NCBI GenBank assembly: GCA_009103225.1
Contig: RHPI01002048.1
Span: forward strand, 1,212,629 to 1,276,628
DNA length: 64,000 nucleotides
Source of the DNA: Chlorokybus atmophyticus
Lineage: Eukaryota > Plantae > Mesostigma and Chlorokybus algae
Direction: 5' to 3'
Each line of letters starts with the position of its first letter. The stretch's first letter is position 1. Positions 1 to 12,471 of this stretch are shown one piece after another. The position numbers were made by a program, and so were the translations under genes. The notes beneath the pieces were generated by a model that ran no database searches, had not been told where the DNA came from, and was given only the letters and a program-made list of their open reading frames with translations.

Positions 1-190
1 TTGCTAACCCTTCAATGACGACATTAAAACCCAAGCGGGGGGGGGGGGCATGTAACGGAGTGCTCCTAAATAACCTCTATAGAGGTTTCCCGCCCTTATT
101 AAGGATGAATAAGGTCCTAAAAGGTATATACAACTAATTAAGCCGTATTTGGGCCGTTAACCTAGTGTTAAGGCCCTAATGTAGTGTTAC
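1..190 (+). mobile_element. 3' end of a chromovirus: 3' UTR, polypurine tract and about 140 bp of LTR sequence
   Basis: 1-50 matches the reverse complement of the 3' UTR/PPT at about 23905-23950. A G-run PPT is followed by TGTAACGG at 51. 51-190 resembles the reverse complement of the LTR cassette at 26328-26480. Confidence 0.75.
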
Positions 191-479
191 TTATCGGTCG
201 TGCCTGCCATGGTCGCGGATTACGCCGTCTCGGGCACACTGCAGACGACCGCCCATGCCGTGGGCATGCTGGTGCTAAGCGCAGCATTAGAGCAACACAA
301 ACAAAGACAACCCCCCAGACATAGGCGTAGTCTCGGGGATGAACTTATGTGAGGATCCAATCAGTTGAAGAGCTGGTGACACTCTCCTTCTTACTGTACC
401 TACTGTGCTTTAGTACACACAATCAACAAGCCACCCCCATTGAGAATCTGGGGTAGCCTCTTGCTCCAGAACTTATCTT

Positions 480-728
480 CTACCGACTGTGTGGGGGATC
501 GTTAATGCGGCAGTCATCACACCAATACTCCCACAGCGGCACCTTGTCTAATGGAGGGTCATGATAGTAATTGTGCATGCCTTGGTTGCAGCCTTCGCAT
601 AACAACATCACCGGGTTGTCGTCGGCACTGCCACATTTCTCGCAGCGGGTGCTGCGCAGCGGGCGCGGGTGCTGGATCTTGCCGAAGCCAGCAACGTGGG
701 GAAGATGACATGGCGCGCAGTTCACCAT
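480..728 (-). pseudogene. PHD finger at the C-terminal end of the gypsy integrase region
   Basis: CEKCGSADDNPVMLLCEGCNQGMHNYYHDPPLDKVPLWEYWCDDC fits the C4-H-C3 PHD pattern, with one Cys apparently changed to Tyr. Confidence 0.85.
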
Positions 729-3010
729 GTAGTCCTTTATGCGCTCGCCTTGTTGTCAGAAGGTCCTACCCATGTGGGATACACCTTCAATACCTTATAG
801 GCAGCGCGCCCGACGGAGGTGTCGAGGGTGTCGTGTGTGGTCGCCATGCGGTAGATGAAGTCTCCTGGCTGCAAGCGGCGTTCTCGCTCCTTGTAGAAAC
901 CGCTGCGCACACGCATGTAACGAAGCGTGTCGCGGTGCTGAGCGATGCGCAAGTTGTTGAAGGCCATGGGGACAGTGTGCTCTGACAGTGCGATGCGCAC
1001 TGTCAGATCATACAGCATCTCGTCGGGGTTGGCGAGGTTGTCCACCACTCTGTCGACCTCTTGCTATGCGCGAAAACGGAGCAACAGCCGCCTTTCAAAC
1101 AGCAAACAGTATGGGCTGTACTCCTACAGTGCTACCTGCTTGGACAGCCGGTACCCCAGTGCTACCCATGGGAGGTGGTCATCCCATGTGCTCTTCTCAT
1201 AGTCGAGGACGTACTTGCGCAAAGCCTTCTTGATAGTCTGCACGGTACGCTCAACAAGACCATGGGCTTGTGGATGGTCGCGTGAAGTATGGCGATGGTC
1301 GATGAAGCATCTACCTACGAGCTTGTTGAAGGCTCCTCTAAACTTCGTACCTTGGTCGGTGATAACTTCAGCACAGCTGCCGAAGCGTCTGAGTACATGG
1401 GAGAGGAAAGCCTGGGCTACTCCCTCGCTGCTCTTGTCGGGCAGGGGCATTAGCTCCACCCACTTGGAGAAGTGCTCGGTCATAGCGAGGATGTAGCGGT
1501 TGCCTCGTCCTGAGGGCGATAAGTCCCCGAGGATGTCTGGTCCTCAGCGATAGAACAGTCCTGAGATGGGGAGGGGATGCAAAGTGGCGTTGCGTGTGTT
1601 GAGGCTCGCGCGGACCATGTCACACTGCTGGCAGTCGCTGACGAACTCGCGCACCTGTTTGTGCACCCCATACCACCAGTACTGAGTCTTGACCAGACGG
1701 GCCGTGCGCTTGACATCGAAGTGTCCGAGCTCGGTGTGAAGGGCAGCGATGATGCCTTCTCGCGCAGCTGGTGTTGGGACCTCCTTGTCCTCACTCTACA
1801 TCCGTTGATACAACTTGTTGTCGGCCTAGCGATAGCGCTGAGTGCGCTAACCGACGCGGTCCCCCTCTCGCGCGCGCTCATGCCTGCTGAAAATTGTCCA
1901 GTCCGGAGCAGTGCGAGGGATGGCTTGTCAAGCCAGATGTCTTGTCGTGTGTTGGTGGGTGCCAACTCCTCATAATCCACCGCAGGGTCGGCGGCGAGCG
2001 TTTTCTCTGATAAGGGGACGGTGACGGTGGGCCCGAGAGAAGGTACGTCCTCGTCTGCTGCTGCCTCAATAACCTGGGTCTTGCGTCCTGAATGTAGCGC
2101 AGCGACAGCAAACACTGGCCGCTACACCTCGAGGTGCGGCTGCAGGACCCAACTCGTGTCGGGCTCCTGTCGCATCGTTGGTGTTGAGGTGGGGGGTGCA
2201 ACTAAGGCCGTCTGCGTTTTGGTTGAACAGGCCTGCCCGATGCTCCACCTCAAAGGTATACTCCTGCAATGGTATTGCCCACCGTGCCAGCTTGCCTGTT
2301 AGGTGCTGGTTGGTTACCAGCCACTTCAGTGGTTGTAGTCGATGATCACTTAGAACTGCCTTCCAAACAGAAAGGGGCGAAAGAAGGAGATGCCCATACT
2401 GCGGCAAGACACTCCCCCTCGTAGCTGCTTTAGTTGGCTTTAGCGATGTTGTTGCTGCGGCTGGCACGACACTACGCGCTCCAGCTTGTTTTCATCGTGC
2501 TGCACGAGCACTGCTCCCATGCCAAGCTTGCTCCAATCTGTGTGCAGGACGAATAACTTGTCGTAGTCAGGTCGCCGAAGAATGGGAGCTGTGATGAGTT
2601 GGAGCTTCAGCTCCTCGAAGGCCTTTGGTTGTGCCTCCGTCCACAGGAACTCCGTGTCCTTCCTCAGCAGCTCGTCGAGTGGCTGCGGGATCTTCGCGAA
2701 GTCCTTGACAAACCGTCTGTAGTAGTTGGCAAGGCCGAGGAAAGCACGCAGTCGCGTGAGATTTGTGGGGGCAGGGATGGCCACCAGTGCCTTCACCTTG
2801 GCCTGCTGTACATACACACCGTGGGGCACAATCATGTGCCCTACGTAGGGTACCTTGTGGGTAAAGAAGGTGCACTTGTCGGGGCGCATTGTCATCCCTA
2901 CTTCCTTCAGTCTCTGTAGCACCTCCTCGATGTGCCTGAGATGCTCCTCGTTGCTGCGATTGACGATGAGGATGTCGTCGATATAGCAGCGTGCGAAGTC
3001 GAATCCCTTG
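480..3010 (-). mobile_element. pol: Degenerate Ty3/gypsy pol (RT, RNase H, integrase, PHD finger), cut off by an assembly gap
   Basis: RT YIDDILI at about 2960-2990; FLGLANYYRRFVKDF; RNase H LHTDWS and LARWAIPLQEY; integrase EHFSKWVE, ITDQGT, HPQAHGLVER. Multiple stops and frameshifts. Confidence 0.9.
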
Positions 3011-3117
3011 AGAGCGGGTGTTGGCTCGAGGGGGCACGTGCCTGGCGGTGGCGGCGGCGGCAGGGCGAGGAGGAGAGGCAGTTCGCGGTGAGGGGGGGGG
3101 GGGGGGGGGGGGGGGGG

Positions 3118-3382
3118 NNNNNNNNNNNNNNNNNNNNNNNNNNNNNNNNNNNNNNNNNNNNNNNNNNNNNNNNNNNNNNNNNNNNNNNNNNNNNNNNNNN
3201 NNNNNNNNNNNNNNNNNNNNNNNNNNNNNNNNNNNNNNNNNNNNNNNNNNNNNNNNNNNNNNNNNNNNNNNNNNNNNNNNNNNNNNNNNNNNNNNNNNNN
3301 NNNNNNNNNNNNNNNNNNNNNNNNNNNNNNNNNNNNNNNNNNNNNNNNNNNNNNNNNNNNNNNNNNNNNNNNNNNNNNNNNN
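3118..3382. other. Assembly gap (N run) flanked by poly-G
   Basis: N run preceded by a long G tract. The sequence on the two sides belongs to different elements. Confidence 0.98.
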
Positions 3383-4430
3383 GGGGGGCAGGTTCACCAT
3401 GGGCTAAGTAGCTGGCCATGGCTCCCGCTGCGGGGATGAACATCGGGGGGGACATGTATCTTTCTCGCGGTGTGGCCTAGATTATTTCTGGCTGCCAGGC
3501 TGACCGCCTGGCTCGGATGGCGATGGAAGCGGAGATCAGAGCTATGGTGAGGGAGGGGGCACCCATGGACACCACGGACGCCTCCCTCACTCTGGAGAGC
3601 ACCGATCCCGCTGCATCGACACACCCTCCGCTTGCTCCAGTCAAGGAGCAGGCGCGGGCCTGGAAGACGATGCACTCGCATCATCCACTCTCGCGAGCAC
3701 CTGGCCCAGCAACAGCACAGGCGATGGTAGGGGTATGACGACCACTTGCACGTCTCTGTCTATAGCGAGCACGCAGTATGACGCATGGTCCAAGTCATTA
3801 CAACAGCGCGCGCTAGTGTTTAGATTTATCTTCACCCCCTCCCAATCCTCAGTCACTGCTGTCCGCATAGCTTGGTTGAACATAGTTTGCTCGGATGGGG
3901 AAGGGGATAGCCTCCTTGCTTCCGCATATCAGTTGCAAGGAGGGGAGTTTTAATGTCTGTTCGCCTCCTCGGCAGGTGCAGCACAAAGTGCTCTCACGGG
4001 CCAAGGCAGGACGCCTTCCTCTGTGCAACGATCACCCCGTACGTGTGCAATGGTGGGAGTCCCCGAACACAACTCGGTTTTGGGTTTCCTTCACATGTGC
4101 AACGCCTGATCTGCTCCCGTTCCACCAAGCCTCTCTCCGCTGGTACGAACAGCTGGGCGATGCATTGCCTGCTGGCAGAAGCTCCCCCCAGTTCCCACCT
4201 CCATCACATGCTACCTATTCTCCCCCGTTGAGGGTGTCACGCTCTTCACAAGGATGTCTTTTGACGTGCAAGGGGTAGCTGGCTGGACGCCGCAAACGGT
4301 GGAAGTTGTCATGCCGCTAACACCTCCCACTTGCTACTCATGCAAGCAAGTTTGGCATACTCGTAACACCTGCCCGCAGCGCGTGCTGCCAGAGACACCG
4401 GTAGAAAGGTGTTTCGGCAAATTAAGTTGG
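3383..4430 (+). pseudogene. L1-clade LINE ORF1 relic with zinc knuckle
   Basis: Broken reading includes QRALVFRF and ends in CYSCKQVWHTRNTCP (CX2CX4HX4C), the usual layout of plant-type L1 ORF1. Confidence 0.55.
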
Positions 4431-5425
4431 ATCCGCAACTTTTTAATGGAAGAAGCCGGACATTATTTGCGGATTTCGCAAAATTTATGATGGATCCGTA
4501 TATATGGTGTAGCTGCAGCCAGAAGTTTATTGCGACCTGTCACAAACAGGCAATCCGCCGTTGACGATCGTAAGTACTGGATCCCCAACAATGTTAAGGA
4601 GTCGGTGTTTACGTAATTAAAGGTTCAGGCCGTGAGAAAGACTTGTGTAAGTCGCAATTACAGTTGTGACCGATTCATTAACAATGCGTCTTTTCCCTAA
4701 CGCAATTGAGGACTCGACGATAACATTATAATGAACTCAGGTTGCATGCTAAAGCTGTACACATCATCATTGAAATTGTGACCGGTTCCATCAACGATAC
4801 GAGACTTCACACGAACTCGGAACGCTAGGATCGATCCTTCCATTGTTACGAACCATAATAATTATAAGACCTCACATTGCCAAATTGCCGGTTCAACCCC
4901 GCGGCCTATCTATGGCTTGCCCCGCGGCCTGCTAGTAGCAGGCCACGGGGCAAGCAAGTAGAAGGCTGCGACTTGCATGTATAATCATTGGTAAACCGTG
5001 GTAGCACATGAGGTAAACATGTAAAGACTTGACAAGAACTCCGCAACCAACCTTGCGCCAGCAGGTGACGTAGGGCGCATAATGCAAACATTTGGCAGTA
5101 GTCTCGCGCTGTGATTGGACAAAATGGTAAGTTGAACAAAGTCTCCCTCCCCAAGTGACCTGTATAGTGGTAAAATCCGCCTTCACCTTCATCTGTTTGA
5201 TACAAGTGGTATATATATTAAGATACCGCGGTATATATATATAAAATAATATATTTACATGTATGGCTATATATATGTACATGTATGGCTATATATATGT
5301 ACATGTATATATATATATGTATGTATATATACATATACCGGTAATGCCGTTGTATGCAGCTGTTGGTGCATATGTGATGCATGCATTGCGGCACGTGAGA
5401 CAATCGAGGCAGCCGCTGTAAAGTT
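4430..5425. repeat. Unclassified repeat, diverged homologue of about 22070-23320, including a TA-rich microsatellite (about 5210-5340)
   Basis: Both regions share the reading IPNNV...KTC and end in gcattgcggcac(g/t)tgagacaat(c/t)gaggcagccgctgtaaag. Confidence 0.6.
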
Positions 5426-5442
5426 AATAATATAATTTATAA

Positions 5443-5972
5443 TGTAACGGCACCACCGTCGCCGGTGATGCCCCTTCAATCCTCTACCCCAACACCCACA
5501 CCGCCTATGACAAGCCTTTCAACGGCGTGGCCGCCACTGAGCAGAGAACTGAAAAGTCCCCCACATCAGTTTGATGTGACCTTTTATATCAAGCGTATAT
5601 CAAATATATACCTCTCGATAATTAACTCACAACTAGACATCGACCCTACAGACAGGGTAGTTAGGAAACCTAGCTTGAGCCAATCACAGCTTAGATAAGG
5701 TACCTATCAATAAGGTACCTATCGAAAGATACCTATCGTAAGGTACCTAACGAGATAGTGACCACATTATATCAAATGTGACACGAAATAGGCTTGAATA
5801 AGCGGTTTCCACACCCATTGGGACTTATTTAAGCTATGACAAAGCAACATAGCCTTTAATAAGCGAAGGAACCGTAGAAAAGAGGTATAAATAAGCGCAT
5901 TTAGATACTTATTCGTACGGAATGTGTTATTCAGGTAGCAATAATACCCCTATTATTATTGCTCCCGTTACA
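5443..5972 (-). repeat. 3' LTR, family A (530 bp)
   Basis: TG...CA termini; near-identical to 11929-12471; contains a tandem aaggtacctatc motif. Confidence 0.95.
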
Positions 5973-6129
5973 TTCCCCCCCACTTAGGTTTTCAACGTCC
6001 TCGTTGAACTCAAGTTGATCAGGCTTGATTTCTAGTAATTGTAACCAGTGAGATAGCAGGAAATGACAGAGTGGTAATGAAACTGCACTGCCAGTCCGTC
6101 ATAAATCAAGCCCACAGTTTATGGGACAG

Positions 6130-9100
6130 GACGTAAATCCCTATAAGCTCGAAGCAACTCGCGGCAGTGCGTAAGATGCATGTCGGGCTCCCAATTGTAA
6201 TGTTCTGGGCCATACCCTTTCCATTTTACAAAATAGCGAGTTGCGCGTCCTCGACTATTTAGCTTATGGTTCTATATAGCTTCCACCTCGTATTCGAGCT
6301 CGCTGTCCACCTCAGCTGGCGGTGGTGGAGGCTGTGTTCTACCGTCTGAGCGGTAAGGTTTCAACAAGTTCACATGGAACACATTGTGTATACGCACACT
6401 TGGGGGCAATTGCAGTCGATAAGCGTGCGTACCAACTCTATCTGTGAAAGAGAAAGGACCTAACCATCGGGGCAGCAACTTGCGAGCACCCGTACCTTTG
6501 ATGGTTATGTTCTTTGCATTAAGCAAAACTTTATCACTGACATTGAAAGTGGCCATTCTTCGATGCGTATCAGCATATGCTTTTTGCCTGTCCTGTGCTT
6601 CTGACAGACATAGCTTAGCTCGAGCCAAATTTTCTTACATATCAGTGGCAAATTCCTTTGCAGCTGGTACAGTCAGGGCATTGCGAGGTACACGCAATGA
6701 CGCTGGTGTGTTCGGGCGAATCCCATAATTCAAGATAAATGGGGTTTCCTTTACACTTTCCTGCCACGCGTGGTTCACAGCGAACTCTGCCATTGGCAAG
6801 TACCTGTCCCAATCAGCATGGTTAGGAGCCACATAGTGGCGAAGCATTTCTTCCAGTATTTGATTTGCTCGCTCAGTTTGTCCGTCCGTTTGCGGGTGGA
6901 AAGCAGTTGACATGCTTTGTTTTACCCCCAACAATTCACAGACTTCTCTCCAAAACTTGGAGACAAACCGAGGATCACGATCTGTGATAAGCTCACGCGG
7001 TACACCGTGAACTCGAAAGACCGTGGACACAAATAAATGTGCTAAGTCCTGTGCACTCACAGTTGTGCAACACGGGGCAAAATGCACCATTTTGGTCAAA
7101 CGGTCGACAAAAATCACAATAGCAGTGTATTTGGCTGCTGTTGCAGGTAGGTCAGTAACCAAATCCATACTGACACTATCCCACTTTTGTTCTAGATTTA
7201 CCAATGGTTTAAGCAATCCCGCTTGTTTTTGTTGTAGTGGCTTGTTACGTTGACACACGTCACATGTGCGAACATATTGATCCACATCAGCTGACACGGG
7301 CACCAGTATAACTGTTGCGTAGCTTTGAGTGTTTTTGTTTCCCCAAATGCCCACCATACGGCGGGTCATGCACTGAATGTAAGCATTGCTTACGCAAGTC
7401 GCCCGAGTTGGGAATTGCCAACTGCTCCCCTTTATACCACAGATTGCTAACAGCAATAAGCTATTGCAAGTTGGTTTGACTGCTAAACCAATCATCTGAG
7501 TTATAACCTGTGGACACTTTCTTTAGGAAAGGATCTTCAGGCTGTTGTACATTACGCGTAGTTCGAGAGCGCGTAAGTGCCAAAAGAGCAGGGTTACGAC
7601 TTAGTGGATCCGCCACATTAGTGCGACACGGACGATATTGCCAAGTGAAAGTGAAACGAGAAATGAATTCATTCCACCCAGCTTGCCGCCTCCTTCTGTT
7701 GCGTATGAAAGAATGTGAGCGGGTTGTGATCATTAATTATTGAAAACTCCACACCTTCCAAGTAGCAACGCCATGTGCGCAGCGCGTGCACCACCCCGAG
7801 CAATTCCTGCTCAGTGGTTGTGTAATTACGTTCAGCAAGAAAGAACTTTTTGCTTTCATATGCACATGGTCTGTCATCCTGTAGAAGGACTGCCCCACAC
7901 CCAATGGTGGAAGCATCATTGATCACAAAAGGCTTGGTGTGGTCGGGGAAGGCTAACACAAGGGCTTGTGTTAATGCATCTTTAATGCGTGTAAAAGCAC
8001 TTGTGTGCCTTCGTCCACACAAATTTAACATCTTTTCTCAGTAATGATGTTGAAGGATTTGCCATGCTAGAATATGCTCGCATGAACTTGCGAAAATAAT
8101 TGGCTAGCGCTAAGAAAGCACGTAACCGATGTACATCCTTGGGTGGTGGCGAATCCTTCACCGCACACACCTTTTAAGGATATGGTTTCAATCCTTCTTT
8201 GCCAATCACATGCCCTAAAAAGGGTAGTTCATCCTTTGCAAAGTTGCATTTGGACAGGTTGGCATAGAATTTGTGTTTGCGTAACTTAGCTGAAACCAAT
8301 TCCACATGCCTGTGGTGGTCCTCCCGGGTTTTGCTGAACACAATAATGTCGTCCAGATGTACCATTTCAAACTTGTACAATTCATTAGCAAACACCGCGT
8401 TCATTGCTGTTTGAAATGTAGCCGGTGCATTTATTAACCCAAATGGTAACACTTTATACTCAAGGTGTCCTAGTGGGGTGCCAAATGCAGTATTTTGTAC
8501 ATCCGACGAGTGGATTTTGATTTGATGATAACCTTTGGTCAAATCCTGTATGCTGAACACTGTTGCAACTGACAGTTTATTAAACAAATCATCAATCCAA
8601 GGCAAAGGGTATCTGGTTTTTTTAGTTACCTTGTTCAACGCACGTAATCAATACACATGCGTAGCTTGCCATTCTTTTTGGGCACAAACAAAGTTGGTGC
8701 ACAAAAAGGAGATATGCTCTTTGTTATTAAACCTTTGTCCAATAACTTTTTGAGCTGTTTTTCCATTTCCGCGTGTTCTAAGGGACTTAGCCTATAGATA
8801 GGCCGCCAAGGTGGCTTTGCCCCCTTTTCCCAACGGAATGGTATGATGTATGTTTCTATCAGGAGGCAACTCCAAGAGTTCATCCTGAAATACTTCTGCG
8901 TATTGTTCAGTAAGTGATTGCACCACAGGGTCAGATACGGCCTGTTTAATAGGTGTCTCTACCTGCAAGTGCATCAAGTATACTTCCTCACGTTTGCGCA
9001 TGCAACGTTTCAGTTGCATAGCAGAGAGGAGCGGAACATTTTCGCGAGCAACACGTGCGAGTACAGGTGCGATTAACGTCACCTTACGTTTACTCTTATG

Positions 9101-9663
9101 AAGGGTGCACGTATTTACTCGAGAGTCCAATTGCAAACCAGCTTCGGTGTGCCACTGTTCACCCAAAACAACATCCACCCCGGGGATACCTATATCCACC
9201 ACGATGAAAGTTGGTCGAGTCTTGTGGTTGTTAATAAAAAAACGCCCCTTCACCTCCCCAATTGCATTAAGGGTGGAACCAGCAGCACGTTCATACGACG
9301 TGACTGGTGTGTTAAAGGTATGTTATTACGTTTCACCCAAGCATGTTCAACAAAGTTATGGTTTGCACCGGTATCAATCAATGCTGTACATGGTGTACCT
9401 ATAAGTTGACTCTCAAGTCTCCATTTGAGTGGCACTGAGTGACCATCAAATGTAGCTAATGTCGGAGTGCCGTGATTGGTAGCAGGCTTGATAAACATCA
9501 CTTGTAACGGTGAAGTTCCTGTATCTTTGCGTGAGAGTTGCATAATTACTTCTCCCCCTTTCAACAATCGCGACCACGGGCCATGATATCGAGGTATAAC
9601 TACACATGCAGTGACAGCATGTTGTAATTGCAACTCGTGTAAGTGCTTAACAGCAGTTATCAA
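6130..9663 (-). pseudogene. pol: pol of family A (protease, RT, RNase H, integrase, chromodomain), fragmented
   Basis: LIDTGANHNF; LPFGLINAPATF; HLDDIIVF; NDAS/ELLGVVHAL; TDRDPRF, HPQTDGQTER; chromodomain EYEVEAI*NHK...YFVKWKGYGPEHYNWEP. Confidence 0.92.
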
Positions 9664-9734
9664 TTCAGAGAATAAACATTAATAAAAACACAACCGTTTG
9701 CATTTGTCAACACAGGTGGTGTGCTCATATCAGT

Positions 9735-10552
9735 TCATACATCTGATACATCACAAAAAGAGGAAACTTTATGAAGAAATACAGAGGAAACTTTATGAAG
9801 AAATACAGAGTTTTTATAGTCGTTGTGCTCGACTAAGCCAACCACGGACGATTCCAATTTCTTGTCCTTCTGCTGCTTGGCCTTCTGTGCATTCTGCTTT
9901 GCATAGCACTTGGCCTCCGCATGACCTATCGTCTTGCAGAAATTGCAAGTGATGGTGGATTTGGCCGCGCTGTAGGGGCCAGCAGGCTGAGATGTTTTCG
10001 CCTTTTTCACAAAAGGTTTGTTGTCAGTGGCCGGGCGCTTTGCAGCTAAAACCGGGGCTGCCTCTTTTGCTGTGGTTTGCATGTTTGTGTGAGAGCGCTT
10101 CACACTGTCCACAGCAGCAACCATCTGCATCAGCATTGGTAAATCCGTCGAGGCCCACTCTTGCAAACTCGCGGGGTTGACGGCCACATGCTGCACGAGA
10201 TCTGTATCCAAGCCACGCCTAAACATATCCAGCTGATCAGCATCACTGATAGGTAGATTGCCAGCATTGATCTTGCTGATAAACGACTGAAAGTTCCTGG
10301 ATATACTGCTAAACCGAACACCTGTTCTGATGCAGATTGTGCAGCTGGTTGCGAGCAACCTGGGCAGGATTTGCGCCACCATAGCGCTGCCTTGAAAGAG
10401 CACAACTGATTCACTTCCCGCCCGAGGTTCGTATACCGTTGCTTATGGCGGTACCACTCTGCCAGAGCATCGTTTGGGATCAGCAACTCAGCTACACGCA
10501 ACTTCCCCTCCTCAGACATGTGAAGGGAGTTGACATAGTGTCTCAGCTTCAA
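9735..10552 (-). pseudogene. gag: gag of family A with zinc knuckle
   Basis: DQLDMFRRGL; CNFCKTIGHAEAKC; frameshifted. Confidence 0.85.
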
Positions 10553-11913
10553 CCAGTCGAAAATTGCTGCTTATGTTGTTGGGAAGAAACTCGGCGGGTC
10601 GAGCAAGCGCCTGAACAGGTGGACCACTGTCAGAGCATTGAAGGCGCTCGATCATGTTCAGAACACCTTTGCCTTTCCCCATCAATCCCTCCCAATTTCG
10701 CCCCATAAAGGTGGTGAGCTTTGAGATCTTTTCTGCCACATGAAAGAGGAAGTTGACGAGCGAGACAATCGCCTCACGAGGCTCCTTATCATAGGTGCCA
10801 AGAAAGTGGTCCATCAACTCCTGTTTTGTCAAGCGAATTGAGATTTCAGGCTGCACAAATGATGGTGGTGGTGGTGGCCCGTCTGGTTCCACCAAGCCAT
10901 CCACATCCTTAGCAGCATGAGACTCATCAGGTGCATCATCCGGGTTGGAAATATCCTCCATTGATGGAAACTCCTCCTTACGGGATAATTGCTCTTTTTG
11001 CGAGCTTTCCCCTTTGAGGTGGGCACCGAGTTCTCTTCCATTTGTCTGCAAAACAGGCAAAATACAATGGTGAGAACCTCACCAATGGACCAGGTTCCAC
11101 GAGAGGATCAAAATGACCCTAAGTTGTAAAAGTCCCAAACAGAGTCCAAACCAGTTTCAAAACAGGAAAGGTTGGATCTGGAGTGTCACCAAACAAAACA
11201 CGTCTGAGTGGGACCAGATGGTCCTAACCCTGTGTTGTCTTTAACCAAGTCCCAATCTCCAGGCTGAAGCCAGAGGGGAAGGGTTTCAGACCAACAGTGT
11301 TTGGGAACAGAATGTCTTAAAAACCTCCCCCAAACTGTTCCAACCAAGTCCCGATCTCCAGGCCGAAGCCAGAGAGGGAGGGTTTCGGAATAGCTTGGTT
11401 CGGAACTTACGGACCCAGGTCAAGCGACCCAAAAAAGCAGCTGGCAAGCACAATGGTCGCACATACGTCACAGGCATGCAACAGGCAAGCCACAGGCATG
11501 TAACGGGCAAGTCGTACAGTGACCAACTGTGACATGCACTGGCAAGCACAATGACAAGCACTCACCGCATGCAATGACAGGTTATCACGGCAAGCAATGA
11601 TAGTGCACTAAGTGACAAGCAGTGATGACACTAGCAAGCCGCACTTATGCACTGGCAAGTCACTGAATGATGTGCATGAAAGTACACACATGCACCTGGC
11701 AAGCAGCTAGCAAGCTGGCAAGTCACCGACGTGTGTGATGGTACCTCACACGTGGAGAGGCCGCCTCTTTGATGGGTGGCTTCAACGTGGAGGTAGCGCA
11801 GGGAAGCTAACTTGAAGCTTGGGCTGCGTGGACGAATTGAAGGCCGCCGCCAATGCCTTCTGATTGGCCAAAAGCATGTCGCCGCCCCCTATAAGTACCC
11901 ACGTCACCCCCCC

Positions 11914-11927
11914 GCTCCTGGATACCA
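11914..11927 (-). promoter_or_regulatory. tRNA-iMet primer binding site with a 2-nt insertion
   Basis: Minus strand reads TGGTATCCAGGAGC, 1 nt from the LTR end. Other copies in the window read TGGTATCGGAGC. Confidence 0.8.
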
Positions 11928-11928
11928 A

Positions 11929-12471
11929 TGTAACAGCACCACCGTCGCCGGTGATGCCCCTTCAATCCTCTACCCCAACACCCACACCGCCTATGACCAG
12001 CCTTTCAACGGCGTGGCCGCCACTGAGCAGAGAACTGAAAAGTCCCCCACATCAGTTTGATGTGACCTTTTATATCAAGCGTATATCAAATATACCTCTC
12101 GATAATTAACTCACAACTAGACATTGACCCTACAGACAGGGTAGTTAGGAAATCTAGCTTGAGCCAATCACAGCTCAGATAAGGTACCTATCGATAAGGT
12201 ACCTATCGAAAGATACCTATCGTAAGGTACCTAACGAGATAGTGACCACATTATATCAAATGTGACACGAAATAGGCTTGAATAAGCGGTTTCCACACCC
12301 ATTGGAACTTATTTAAGCTATGACAAAGCAACATAGCCTTTAATAAGCGAGGAACCGTAGAAAAGAGGTATAAATAAGCACATTTAGATACTTATTCATA
12401 CACACTTATTCATACACAGAATGTCTTATTTAGGTAGCAATAATACCCCGATTATTATTACTCCCATTACA
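11929..12471 (-). repeat. 5' LTR, family A
   Basis: Direct repeat of 5443-5972; adjacent to the PBS. Confidence 0.95.

Larger units (their letters stand above)
5443..12471 (-). mobile_element. Chromovirus (Ty3/gypsy) family A with two LTRs, PBS and PPT; coding region degenerate; flanks do not form a TSD
   Basis: LTRs 5443-5972 and 11929-12471 (TGTAAC...TTACA). PPT at about 5973-5983, PBS at 11914-11927. Order gag, protease, RT, RNase H, integrase, chromodomain. Flanks TATAA and TCACA. Confidence 0.93.

Noticed and set aside
191-430. Possible LTR of the PHD-gypsy element ending at tgaca (about 382) beside a pyrimidine tract
   Set aside because: No second copy in the window to confirm the boundaries.
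2567-3455. ORFs spanning the N gap with poly-Pro or poly-Gly
   Set aside because: Artefacts of the gap and G-runs; the two sides belong to different elements.
4906-5205. FCPITARDY reading as a DIRS-type tyrosine recombinase fragment
   Set aside because: No R-H-R-Y catalytic motifs and no DIRS terminal structure found.
5690-5755. Repeated aaggtacctatc motif in family A LTRs as a possible CRISPR-like array
   Set aside because: Short abutting tandem repeats with no unique spacers and no cas genes; ordinary LTR internal repeats.
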